Shown: positions 8,950 through 17,775 of the stretch, one piece after another
Numbering within the stretch: position 1 is the stretch's first letter
Layout: each line of letters begins with the position of its first letter
Source: an uncultured Planctomycetaceae bacterium
Lineage (GTDB): Bacteria; Planctomycetota; Planctomycetia; Planctomycetales; Planctomycetaceae
Direction of reading: 5' to 3'
Length of the DNA stretch: 64,000 nucleotides
Assembly (NCBI GenBank): GCA_964609845.1
Contig: CAZSTW010000010.1
Span: forward strand, 8,423 to 72,422
Notes under the pieces: model-generated
Told to the model about the DNA's origin: nothing
Seen by the model: the letters and a program-made list of their open reading frames with translations, nothing else
Database searches by the model: none
Translations under genes and position numbers: made by a program

Positions 8950-9048
8950 GACCGGTCAATCCTGAGGGAGATTCGCTGTTCATCGGATTCTGGACGCCGT
9001 TTCAAGATACTGCGAACATCCCCGCAATGACCACTGTCAAAGAACGAA

Positions 9049-9079
9049 CAGAGCCTGCCGGAGTTTCCGGCAGGCTCTG
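9049..9079 (-). terminator. Rho-independent terminator downstream of the pseudopilin gene
   Basis: Perfect 14-bp stem, CAGAGCCTGCCGGA (9049-9062) with TCCGGCAGGCTCTG (9066-9079), and a 3-nt loop. On the minus-strand transcript it is followed by a T-rich TTCGTTCTTT. Confidence 0.7.
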
Positions 9080-9103
9080 ATTTCAGATTCCATCGTTACT
9101 GGA

Positions 9104-9619
9104 TTACAGGCCAGTCAGTGGCGTGCCATCAGCAGCATTGCCTGGAGTGTTGGCAATCACCTGACCGGTCAGCGAACTGTAGATCCAGCCCACTTTGACA
9201 GAGCCTTGCATTGCTGCCGGGTCAACATCGGCCGAGCCAATTGCAGTCGTCTTGACCACGATTCCGCTGCCACCGTTGTAGGGGTTGGTTGGGAATTGAG
9301 CCATCAGGTAAGGACCATAAGGATAACCAGCGGTCCCGGGAGCAGCTGTATCACCGGCCAGGTTGCTGGCCAGAGTCAGTTGCTTCACGACATTGTCGGC
9401 GGTTCCACTTGGGAACGCACCATCGTGCTGGAATTTGTACATCGTGACTTGTGAACGGATTTGTGCGAGGTCAGCACGCAGTGCCGATTCTTTGGCATTG
9501 GCGGTAGACGAGGCAAACTGTGGCAGGACGGTTGCCGCCAGGATCCCGAGGATCACAACGACAATCAACACTTCGATCAATGTAAAGCCGTGACGATTCT
9601 TGTTCTTGAACTTCTGCAT
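9104..9619 (-). CDS. Prepilin-type N-terminal cleavage/methylation domain protein (GspG-like pseudopilin / type IV pilin-like)
   Basis: From the ATG at 9619: MQKFKNKNRHGFTLIEVLIVVVILGILAATVLPQF. This is the canonical G|FTLIE prepilin peptidase site plus hydrophobic helix; 171 aa. Confidence 0.85.
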   Translation of the reverse strand: MQKFKNKNRHGFTLIEVLIVVVILGILAATVLPQFASSTANAKESALRADLAQIRSQVTMYKFQHDGAFPSGTADNVVKQLTLASNLAGDTAAPGTAGYPYGPYLMAQFPTNPYNGGSGIVVKTTAIGSADVDPAAMQGSVKVGWIYSSLTGQVIANTPGNAADGTPLTGL

Positions 9620-9892
9620 GACATGAGGCCCCTGGCGAACTGGGAAAATGTAAGCCACCGCAGGTGGAACAACCACCACGGCGTGAGACCAATTCCAGCC
9701 GCGCCACACGCGGTCCGAATGATCGTCTCGTGGAAAGGGTTTAGGTATGACCCGAACACCCCAAACCTAGTTCCGATTTGTGACGTGTCAAATCGGATCA
9801 CACGAAATTGAACAAAGATTCTCCAGCCGCCTTGTCAACTCACGAATTGCGTGAGGAAGTCTTTTCGGGGAAAGATCGGCCGAAATGCACGT

Positions 9893-10954
9893 TCATCCGC
9901 CGATATACCGAGCGTAAAGCCCACGGGCGACGGGAATTTCTTCGGTTCCCTGGATGATGGCTCGTCCGTCGCGAAACACCGTCATCTGCAGCGTCCCACC
10001 TGTGGCGGTAAACCTCAGCAGGAACGGATTTCGTGTCACTTCCCCCAGCGGCGATAGAGTTTTCGCCAATTCTTCAAGAGACACTGGTTCCGCAGGTGAT
10101 ATCTGCACCGAATTCCGACCACACAGGACCGTCATCTGTGATGTCTGGCCACCGCTCGACCAATCGCGTCGTTGCTGCGGTCCGCACGCCGGACATTGGC
10201 CTCGTTCCTTTAATCCCGCCAGATTCATCTGTCGGAGAGTTCCTTCCCAGACATCGACGATCGTCAGTCGAGGCTCCACAAGATGGTGTTGTCCTGACAG
10301 GATTTTTAGTGCCGTCGCGGCCTGCAAGGCCGTCACCATGTGTATTGCCGGCGCAATCACACCCGCCGTGTCACACGTTTCTGATGTTCCGGGGTCTGGA
10401 GGAGATTCAATAACACATCTCAAGCAGGCTGATTGTCCCGGAAAGATCGCCATGGTCTGACCGTGGCAACCCACCACTCCCGCATAGACCCAGGGGATAT
10501 TAGTCTCCAATGAAATATCGTTAACCAGAAACCGGGTTTCGAAGTTGTCGGTTCCGTCCAGAATCAGATCGACATCCCGTACGAACTCACGGATTGTCCG
10601 CCAATCGACATCCGCGACGTGCGGTTCCAGAATCACTTGAGAATTGATTCGTGACAGTCGATTGGCAGCCACGATTGCCTTGGGTAGGTGCTCGGCAACG
10701 TCCTGTTCGTCGAACAGAACCTGTCTCTGCAGGTTCGAAAGATCGACAAAGTCGCGATCAACAATCCTCAGTTTCCCCACACCGGCCCGAACGAGTGTAT
10801 CGGCCAGCACTGTCCCCAGTGCTCCGCAGCCGATGAGCAGCACGCGGGCTTCGCTGAGACGTTTCTGACCCTCGCGCCCGATTCCGGCAAATCGCATCTG
10901 GCGACTGTATCGATCCAGAGAATCAGGTGCCAATGTTGTGATGTCGTCGCTCAA
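9893..10954 (-). CDS. ThiF/MoeB/HesA-family E1-like adenylyltransferase with ~95-aa C-terminal extension
   Basis: YSRQMRFAGIGREGQKRLSEARVLLIGCGALGTVLADTLVRAGVGKLRIVDRDFVDLSNLQRQ is the nucleotide-binding fold. Two CxxC pairs are present (CLRC, CPAC). The TTG start overlaps the upstream gene's stop (TTGA). Confidence 0.85.
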   Translation of the reverse strand: MSDDITTLAPDSLDRYSRQMRFAGIGREGQKRLSEARVLLIGCGALGTVLADTLVRAGVGKLRIVDRDFVDLSNLQRQVLFDEQDVAEHLPKAIVAANRLSRINSQVILEPHVADVDWRTIREFVRDVDLILDGTDNFETRFLVNDISLETNIPWVYAGVVGCHGQTMAIFPGQSACLRCVIESPPDPGTSETCDTAGVIAPAIHMVTALQAATALKILSGQHHLVEPRLTIVDVWEGTLRQMNLAGLKERGQCPACGPQQRRDWSSGGQTSQMTVLCGRNSVQISPAEPVSLEELAKTLSPLGEVTRNPFLLRFTATGGTLQMTVFRDGRAIIQGTEEIPVARGLYARYIGG

Positions 10955-12618
10955 TCCGAACTTTCCTTTCGCTGAAATCCTGCCAGACGGTCACCGGGAT
11001 CGGATTGGTATTTCTGAAACAAGGTGTCATTCAAGTCGGCTCGCCGACGAAACGCCAGTCGCAATGGAAGGGTCCCTTTCAATTGCGATAACCTGGACCG
11101 CAGAATTGGTGACTGGCGAAGCAGATCATCGTTTTGAAACTGGTGCAGTGACGGCAGAATCTCAACCGTTGTCAACGCGCCATGATTTGTGACAGCTTCC
11201 TGCAAAAGATCCCGCGTCAGTGAGTCTCCCCAATAATTCATCTCTAAGCCAAGTCGCTCCGCACCGGAAGTTCCGCCCACGGCCAGATTGTAGTAGCTGA
11301 GATAGACGGGATGGGACTGAAAGTTGGCACCGAATTGAATCAGGCCCAGCACCGCTGACAGCAGCCACATTTGGCGCCAACCGATCCTCCGAGTCCCGAG
11401 CGTCATTACCGCGACAATCCCGCGTCCAACGAAGATCGCCCAAATCGGAAAGACCGTCAGGAACAGTCGTTCCCCGTCGTAGACTGCGATTCCGGGAATC
11501 GAAAAGACAATCAATGGAAACAATCCACAGGCCAGCAACAGATGCGTTTGCCAGCGATCTTCGATCTGCGATTCCATCCTGGCGGGTTTCATGGCAACCA
11601 GCCCCGCAAGTCCCAGGCACTGCAATCCGATGGGCACGGTCACAGCAAACATCACAAACGGATAATGCCACGGAACAAGTCGGTCCTGAAACGCTGTCCC
11701 GAAATAATAGCAGTTCAGCGTGACTCGGTTTGTCGTTCGACCCAGGTACTCCAGCACATGCCCTATGGGATCATGCCAGATGTAGGGCCAGCCTGCAAAA
11801 AAGACCAGCGATGCGACGGCAAACCAGATCAGCAGCGGGACAATTCCGTGCTGTCGCCAGCGCAGCAAGGTCCAGGCGATGACCGGCACGGGAATCAAAA
11901 TCGCCTGGATCTTCGTCAACAGTGCTAACCCCATCAACATTCCTGCCAGGATTGCGGCGCGGCGTGAAGGAGGCGTTGCCCGATTCCAACCTGTCGCGAC
12001 GGCCAATACCGCGGCGGTACAGGTGAGGTTCGTGATTGTTTCCAACGCTGCCAGATGAGCGTGGCCATAAAGTCGTGGCATCAAGATCAGTACCAACCCT
12101 GTGATCGCACCTTGCCATTGGGGGCTCAGTTCATTTTCGCTCAACCCGCGCTGCGCTGCGAACGTCACGAACGCCCCCAGCAACCAGATGGTCAGCGCAA
12201 AGGCGGTTGCGGAACCTGTTCTGGCACACGCTGTGACGAAAGGGCCTTCGGGTTGAAACGGAGGAGCGATCCACCACGTCAATTGATGGTGCAATCCGAG
12301 CCAGTATCGACCCAGGGGGGGATGATCGGGGTTATAGCCGAGTTCATGACGAAACGCTTCACTCGATGTCCCCGGAATGAGGTTGAACCATCCAAGAGCC
12401 CGGGATTGTTCGACCAGGTACACCCCTTGTTCGACATTGAAAATCTCGTCAATCGTCAGGCCTGGACCTGCGGGCATGCCAGGATAGCTTCCAGCAGGAT
12501 CGATACTGACCACAATACTGATCCAAGCCGCGAGCGCTACGACGGCCGATGGCCATGTCGTCCCAACAAACTTCCGGGCGGATTCGAAGAGGTACTGCAT
12601 GACGACCGATGGTATCAT
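10951..12618 (-). CDS. GT-C fold membrane glycosyltransferase (GT39/PMT/ArnT-like)
   Basis: 555 aa, with more than 10 hydrophobic helices. The first loop has LTIDEIFNVEQG (a DE motif as in PMT, FDEVHF) and NPDHPPLGRYW. Confidence 0.7.
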   Translation of the reverse strand: MIPSVVMQYLFESARKFVGTTWPSAVVALAAWISIVVSIDPAGSYPGMPAGPGLTIDEIFNVEQGVYLVEQSRALGWFNLIPGTSSEAFRHELGYNPDHPPLGRYWLGLHHQLTWWIAPPFQPEGPFVTACARTGSATAFALTIWLLGAFVTFAAQRGLSENELSPQWQGAITGLVLILMPRLYGHAHLAALETITNLTCTAAVLAVATGWNRATPPSRRAAILAGMLMGLALLTKIQAILIPVPVIAWTLLRWRQHGIVPLLIWFAVASLVFFAGWPYIWHDPIGHVLEYLGRTTNRVTLNCYYFGTAFQDRLVPWHYPFVMFAVTVPIGLQCLGLAGLVAMKPARMESQIEDRWQTHLLLACGLFPLIVFSIPGIAVYDGERLFLTVFPIWAIFVGRGIVAVMTLGTRRIGWRQMWLLSAVLGLIQFGANFQSHPVYLSYYNLAVGGTSGAERLGLEMNYWGDSLTRDLLQEAVTNHGALTTVEILPSLHQFQNDDLLRQSPILRSRLSQLKGTLPLRLAFRRRADLNDTLFQKYQSDPGDRLAGFQRKESSD

Positions 12619-12685
12619 GCTGTTTCGGGAGTGCTATCCTGTCACCCCGCGAAAAGTCACTTACTCCTTCGAAGAAGCATGAACG

Positions 12686-13279
12686 GTGTTGGAATTGAAG
12701 CGTCTTTGTGTTTTTTGCGGTTCCAGTGGAGGAACGGATCCCATTTATCGCGAAACGGCGACGCGGTTTGGTGAATTGATGGTTCAGTCGGGGCAGGAAC
12801 TTGTCTATGGCGGTGGCAGCGTCGGACTGATGGGAACGATTGCAGACGCCGTGCTGCAGGCTGGAGGGCGGGTAACGGGGGTCATTCCTCAATTCCTGGC
12901 GACCAGAGAACTGCTTCATGAAGGGGTCACCGATCTGAGAATCACGAGCGGAATGCACGAGCGGAAGGCATTAATGGCTGAGCTTTCTGATGCATTCGTC
13001 GCCCTGCCTGGAGGACTTGGGACATTTGAAGAACTGTTCGAAGTCCTGACCTGGTCGCAACTCGGCCTGCACAACAAGCCGATCGGTCTGCTGAACATCT
13101 CTGGCTACTTCGATCCACTGGTGCAACTCGTGGATCAGGCGATTGCCACGGGGTTCTGTCGCGACGAACATCGCCGGTTGTTTATCGTTGACGATCAGCC
13201 AGAAAAGCTGTTACAGCGACTGGCCATGCACCAGCCGCCTTCCGTCGGGAAGTGGATTCGTTCGCCTGAACAAACGTGA
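12686..13279 (+). CDS. LOG family protein (TIGR00730; nucleotide 5'-monophosphate N-glycosidase / cytokinin riboside 5'-monophosphate phosphoribohydrolase family)
   Basis: CVFCGSSGG...VYGGGSVGLMG...ALPGGLGTFEELFE (PGGxGTxxE motif). GTG start. Confidence 0.9.
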   Translation: MLELKRLCVFCGSSGGTDPIYRETATRFGELMVQSGQELVYGGGSVGLMGTIADAVLQAGGRVTGVIPQFLATRELLHEGVTDLRITSGMHERKALMAELSDAFVALPGGLGTFEELFEVLTWSQLGLHNKPIGLLNISGYFDPLVQLVDQAIATGFCRDEHRRLFIVDDQPEKLLQRLAMHQPPSVGKWIRSPEQT

Positions 13280-13294
13280 TTCCGGAGTTGAAGT

Positions 13295-15613
13295 GTGGCT
13301 ACCAAGGAACCAGACACGGTGAATGGATCGCGCGATCAAACGCGTCGCGCCATCGCCCTAATCTGGCCGGTCTTGTTCTGTCTCTGGTTCTTCAGTTTTG
13401 ACCTGCCCAACAACCGGCCGGCGACGCGCTGGATGGTCTGGCCCAATGTCCCGTTCGAACTGATGGATCTGGTCGATCCCCCGGTGCTCCCTAACGCCCT
13501 GCCATGGAGTTGGCTGTATCTCGGCCAGCGACTCCCGTTTCTGGCTGTGGCGATGATCATCTGGGGCGGCGCTGTTTGCCTGGGACGGATGGAATTGCGG
13601 TCGCTGCGAATCTGTTCCGTCTGGGATCGGAGTGAACGTTTTTTCCTGGCCGGATGCCTTGGTCTGTCCACTTTGTCACTCGTAATGCTTGGCCTCGGGC
13701 TGCTGGGTTTGCTCAGCCGATGGCCGCTCCTGCTGTTGATTGCGGGTGTGACGCTTGCCGAATGCTGGTGGACGTGGCATGAGCTTCCAGCCCAAATCTC
13801 ACAGACCCGACACGATCCCAGAACAGGCTGGCTGCCCGTCATCACCTGGTCGGTGATCGTGCCGTTTGTTTGCTGCATGCTCTTGGGGGCTATGTCGCCT
13901 CAAACTGATTTTGACGTGATCGAATATCATCTCGGTGGCCCGAAGGAATGGTATTTACAAGGATCGATTTCGCGGTTGCCACATAACGTCTACACCAGTT
14001 TTCCGTTTTTGACCGAAATGCTGCTGCTGTCCGGGATGGTCTGTTACGGTGACTGGGAATGGGGAGCACTGGCAGGCCAGGCCGTGATCGCCGGATTCGC
14101 ACCGCTGACAGCCATCGGGCTTTATGGCCTGGGAAAACGCTGGTTCTCTGAGTCGGCAGGATGGCTGGCAGCACTTGTCTGGCTGACGACTCCCTGGGTC
14201 TATCGAATCTCGATCATTGCCTATGCTGAAGGAGGACTGGCCTGTTACCTGCTGGCGACACTGGCAGTCGTGTTAAGAATCCTCTGGACGGCAGCTCCTG
14301 AACCTACAGTCCAGCCAATTCGATGGTATGGGCTATGCGGACTGCTCGCCGGAAGTGCGATGGCGTGTAAGTACACGGGGTTGGTTTCGGTCATTTTGCC
14401 AGCAGGTTTCTTGCTTTTGATTTCGACGATTCGACACGTCAAAGCGGGGACCGTCGCCAGTGCCATACCTTCGGTTCAGGAAAAGCAATGTGATCAGCCC
14501 CCCTCGCAGTCGCTTCGCACAACATATTTGACTCCCCTCTTGAACGTGTCCGTTTTTGCTGCTGGCATCGGGATTGCGATCGGTCCGTGGTTGATCAAAA
14601 ACACGCTTGAGACAGGTAATCCGGTCTTTCCACTGGCGTTTTCGCTGTTCGGGGGCGAAGGGCGCGATCTCGAAATGAATGAGCAATGGAAGCGAGGGCA
14701 CTCGCGCCATTATTCCAGTATCCAGGAGCGTCTGGGGGACTTGCCGGTCAAGCTGACGGATGTGGTGGCGAACAATGATTGGCACAGTGCATTGATGTTT
14801 GCGTTTGCTCCGCTGGCACTGCTGGCATCGTGGCGGCGCAGGGTCTGGCTGGTCTGGGGTTTCATCGGCTGGCAGTTCTTGACCTGGTTTCTGTTGACGC
14901 ACCAGATCGACCGGTTTTACGTCCCGATGTTTCCCGTGGTAGCGCTGCTGGCTGGAGTGGGGGCCAGTTACTTGATCAGTTTTGTCGCGGGACGCATCCT
15001 CTGTTCGCTGATCATGACGATCTGCATCGCATTCAACATCTGGATCATGCATAACATCGGCGGCTTCAACGCAGGTCGAACCGACTTGCGAGCCGCCGCG
15101 AATCTTGTCGTTTCCCCGTCATTGCAGTGGATCAACGAAGAAGTTGCGGCTGGCAGGCTTTCCCGCGACACCAAAGTGCTTTGTATTGGAGAAGCAGCCT
15201 TATTTCACGCGAAGTTTCCCTACGTCTACAACACGGTTTTCGACCGATCGATCTTCCAGCAGTGGTTTGCGGAACGGACAGAGACCGGGGACTTCCGACT
15301 TCGACCGGCTGACCAGATCCGGGCCACGTTGAAGCAGCAGGGGATTACACATCTGCTTGTGAACTGGTCCGAAATTCTGAGATACCGCGAACCTGGCAGC
15401 TACGGCTACACCGACTTTGCTCATCCCGACCGACTGCAGGACCTGCAGAATACAGGATTGATCGGCCCCGCACTTCCTCTCCCCGACCGAGTCACCTTTG
15501 CGCCCGCCAGTTCGCAGAAACGCCAGCAGGTCAAAGACTGGGCCCCGAGTCTGGGAATCTCGCTGGCAGACCAGCCGGGATATCGATCCGTACAAATCTT
15601 TCCTGTGCGATGA
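13295..15613 (+). CDS. Large GT-C fold membrane glycosyltransferase-like protein (PMT_2/ArnT-like) with soluble C-terminal domain
   Basis: 772 aa with many TM helices. The early loop carries QTDFDVIEYHLGGPKEW (DxxE motif). GTG start 15 nt after the LOG stop. Confidence 0.65.
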   Translation: MATKEPDTVNGSRDQTRRAIALIWPVLFCLWFFSFDLPNNRPATRWMVWPNVPFELMDLVDPPVLPNALPWSWLYLGQRLPFLAVAMIIWGGAVCLGRMELRSLRICSVWDRSERFFLAGCLGLSTLSLVMLGLGLLGLLSRWPLLLLIAGVTLAECWWTWHELPAQISQTRHDPRTGWLPVITWSVIVPFVCCMLLGAMSPQTDFDVIEYHLGGPKEWYLQGSISRLPHNVYTSFPFLTEMLLLSGMVCYGDWEWGALAGQAVIAGFAPLTAIGLYGLGKRWFSESAGWLAALVWLTTPWVYRISIIAYAEGGLACYLLATLAVVLRILWTAAPEPTVQPIRWYGLCGLLAGSAMACKYTGLVSVILPAGFLLLISTIRHVKAGTVASAIPSVQEKQCDQPPSQSLRTTYLTPLLNVSVFAAGIGIAIGPWLIKNTLETGNPVFPLAFSLFGGEGRDLEMNEQWKRGHSRHYSSIQERLGDLPVKLTDVVANNDWHSALMFAFAPLALLASWRRRVWLVWGFIGWQFLTWFLLTHQIDRFYVPMFPVVALLAGVGASYLISFVAGRILCSLIMTICIAFNIWIMHNIGGFNAGRTDLRAAANLVVSPSLQWINEEVAAGRLSRDTKVLCIGEAALFHAKFPYVYNTVFDRSIFQQWFAERTETGDFRLRPADQIRATLKQQGITHLLVNWSEILRYREPGSYGYTDFAHPDRLQDLQNTGLIGPALPLPDRVTFAPASSQKRQQVKDWAPSLGISLADQPGYRSVQIFPVR

Positions 15614-15987
15614 AGATTCTCATGTTCGGTGTCCAACAAGGTCTCGTTGAGTGAAAGAGAAGGCATTGGACATGGAGGACAGGGAACACACGGGGCTACA
15701 TACTTGGCAAGGTTTCTGCCTGGATCAGAAGTCTATCGCCATTTTTAAGCTGGGTCGTAAGCAATTTCGGTTGGAATCAGTGGTGCTTCCCCGCGCAGGC
15801 CCACCATACATTCTCGATGTTTCCTCAGGGTGAGGCGTGTTCGAAGTGAGTTGATTCCCCGTGATTTGCAAAAGCCGATTAACGTGCCGCGGACTGGTAT
15901 GGCTCCCCTAATTGCAAATTGAACTGAAGTGACGGAGAATCCCGGCACGTCTTGTCTGTTGACCGATTCCTCGAAGGAGATCGCTTC

Positions 15988-17490
15988 ATGCGTTATTTGC
16001 AAGGTTCCCTCGTCGCCGTGGTGGCATTGGCATTTGCCGGTTCAGCTGGCGCGGCCGAACTGTCCGACCTGATTGCTTCCGGTGCTGAGGTCAAAAAAGT
16101 CGCTGGTGACTGCAAGTTCACCGAAGGGCCAGCCTATTCCCCGAAGGGCTTCCTGCTGTTCAGCGATATTCCGAATTCGCGAATCGTCCGGGTAGATGCC
16201 GACGGCGCGATCAGTGATTTCCTGAAACCGTCCGGGGCTGCAAATGGCCTGGTGTTTGATGCAGCAGGAAACCTGTATGCCTGCCAGGGGGGAGCCCGCC
16301 GAATCGTGAAGATTGGTGCTCAGGATGGCAAGATCGAACCCCTCTGCGAATCGTTCGATGGCAAGCCGTTGAACAGCCCTAATGATCTGGCTCTTGACGG
16401 TCATGGCGGTCTGTATTTCACCGATCCTCGTTATGGCCAGGACATGAAGATTGACCAGCCCTGCATGGGGGTCTATTACATCGACGCCGCTGGGAAGACC
16501 ACCCGGGTGATCGATAATCGTGAACGCCCCAATGGCGTTCTGGTGACGAGTGATCACAAGACACTGCTCGTCGCCGAACCGAACAAGCGAGAACTGTGGA
16601 GTTACCCGATTTCGGGCCCCGGTCAACTCGGAGCTGGCAAGTTGATCTTCACAGGCGATGCTTCTCTCGATGGGGGTGGCCCCGATGGCATGGCCCTCGA
16701 TGCTCAGGGACACATTTATGCGACCTACAAGAGCCTGGTGGTTCTCAAAGCGGATGGTGGATTGATTGGCCGGATTCCCGTTCCCGAACAACCTGCAAAC
16801 TGCACGTTTGGCGGCCCGGACGGCAAGACGCTTTACATCACAGCGCGAACGAGTCTCTATTCGTTGTCGATGAACGTTGCTGGAGCTGCGCTCAGCACAA
16901 ATGGACCGAAACCTTCCCCGGCGGTCCCTCAAGTGTCACATCAGTCGTTCCGAGGGCCCGCACGATTGGCTCAAGGGGCAAAGGACGAGGCGGCCCCGAA
17001 AGAAGTCAAGATTGAAGACCTGACCCTGAAAATCCCGGCTACATGGAAACAACAGCCTCCAGCCAACAAGCTGCGATTGGCTCAGTTCCTGATCCCGCCA
17101 GCTGAAGGTGATGAGTTTCCAACGGAACTCGTGATTTCCTCGTTCCCGGGTGGTGGAGGGGGAATTGACGCTAATCTTAAACGCTGGACGGATCAGTTCG
17201 CCCCTGATGGTCGCAAGGTGAAGATCACCTCGGGGAAGTCACCGCAGGGAAGTTATGTCCTCCACAACGTGACCGGAACCTACCTGTACTCCGCAGGGGG
17301 GCCATTTGCTGGCGGCAAGAAAGAACTGCGACCTGCCCATCGTTCGATCAGCGTGATCCTGACGATCGAGAATAAGGCCAACTACTTTATTCGGCTGACT
17401 GGAACGGAAAAGGCCGTCAACGCCGCCGCAGACGCACTGCGCACATCATTTGGCGGGAATGCGAAAGAAGAAAAGGATTACGAGATCTGA
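15988..17490 (+). CDS. SMP-30/gluconolactonase/LRE-like beta-propeller fused to a ~170-aa C-terminal domain of unknown function; secreted
   Basis: ATG at 15988 preceded by AAGGAG (15974-79). Signal peptide MRYLQGSLVAVVALAFAGSAGAAE. Motifs FTEGPAYSP, NGLVFDAAGNLYAC, NSPNDLALD, PDGMALDAQGHIYAT. Confidence 0.8.
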   Translation: MRYLQGSLVAVVALAFAGSAGAAELSDLIASGAEVKKVAGDCKFTEGPAYSPKGFLLFSDIPNSRIVRVDADGAISDFLKPSGAANGLVFDAAGNLYACQGGARRIVKIGAQDGKIEPLCESFDGKPLNSPNDLALDGHGGLYFTDPRYGQDMKIDQPCMGVYYIDAAGKTTRVIDNRERPNGVLVTSDHKTLLVAEPNKRELWSYPISGPGQLGAGKLIFTGDASLDGGGPDGMALDAQGHIYATYKSLVVLKADGGLIGRIPVPEQPANCTFGGPDGKTLYITARTSLYSLSMNVAGAALSTNGPKPSPAVPQVSHQSFRGPARLAQGAKDEAAPKEVKIEDLTLKIPATWKQQPPANKLRLAQFLIPPAEGDEFPTELVISSFPGGGGGIDANLKRWTDQFAPDGRKVKITSGKSPQGSYVLHNVTGTYLYSAGGPFAGGKKELRPAHRSISVILTIENKANYFIRLTGTEKAVNAAADALRTSFGGNAKEEKDYEI

Positions 17491-17775
17491 ACCTGGAAGT
17501 CGGGGAGCGAGGTACAGTAATGCACTGTCGCTCCTCCGACTGAAAATATGCGATTTTGCGAGTCGATGAATCAGCCTGAACGTGTTCGCGTCCGGTTTTC
17601 ATCGCGAGCCAGCGCCCAGTGGCTGATGGACGAATTCGACGTTTCGTCGGGGTGGCCGAGGTTGGACCGGAGGCCAGCCCCGGTCTTCCCCGGACCTTCG
17701 TGAAGACATTCCAGCCCCGGTCAAGTTCACTGAGCTACCGTACCTGTCATATCGCCTCTGCATACGGTGTTTGCC

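Noticed and set aside
9775-9856. Palindromes upstream of the pseudopilin gene (TGTGA-N14-TCACA at ~9778-9801; CTCACG-AATTG-CGTGAG at 9839-9855) as CRP-type operator or terminator
   Set aside because: The spacing does not fit CRP/FNR (which needs N6). The small hairpin lacks a U-tract. There is insufficient evidence for a regulatory call.
9893-10180. The E1-like protein ends in ...YARYIGG; could this be a fused ubiquitin-like (ThiS/MoaD-type) C-terminal Gly-Gly?
   Set aside because: The ~95-aa C-terminal extension (..LQMTVFRDGRAIIQGTEEIPVARGLYARYIGG) looks like the alpha/beta domain that, as I recall, occurs at the C-terminus of long ThiF/MoeB proteins (for example in Firmicutes). It does not look like a beta-grasp fold, and the terminal GG is most likely coincidental. 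This needs HHpred to settle.
15376-15400. CTGAGATACCGCGAACCTGGCAGC resembles the CUGAGA...ACCUGA core of a TPP riboswitch
   Set aside because: It lies deep inside the coding region of the 772-aa GT-C gene, and the remaining riboswitch helices are absent. It is a chance similarity.
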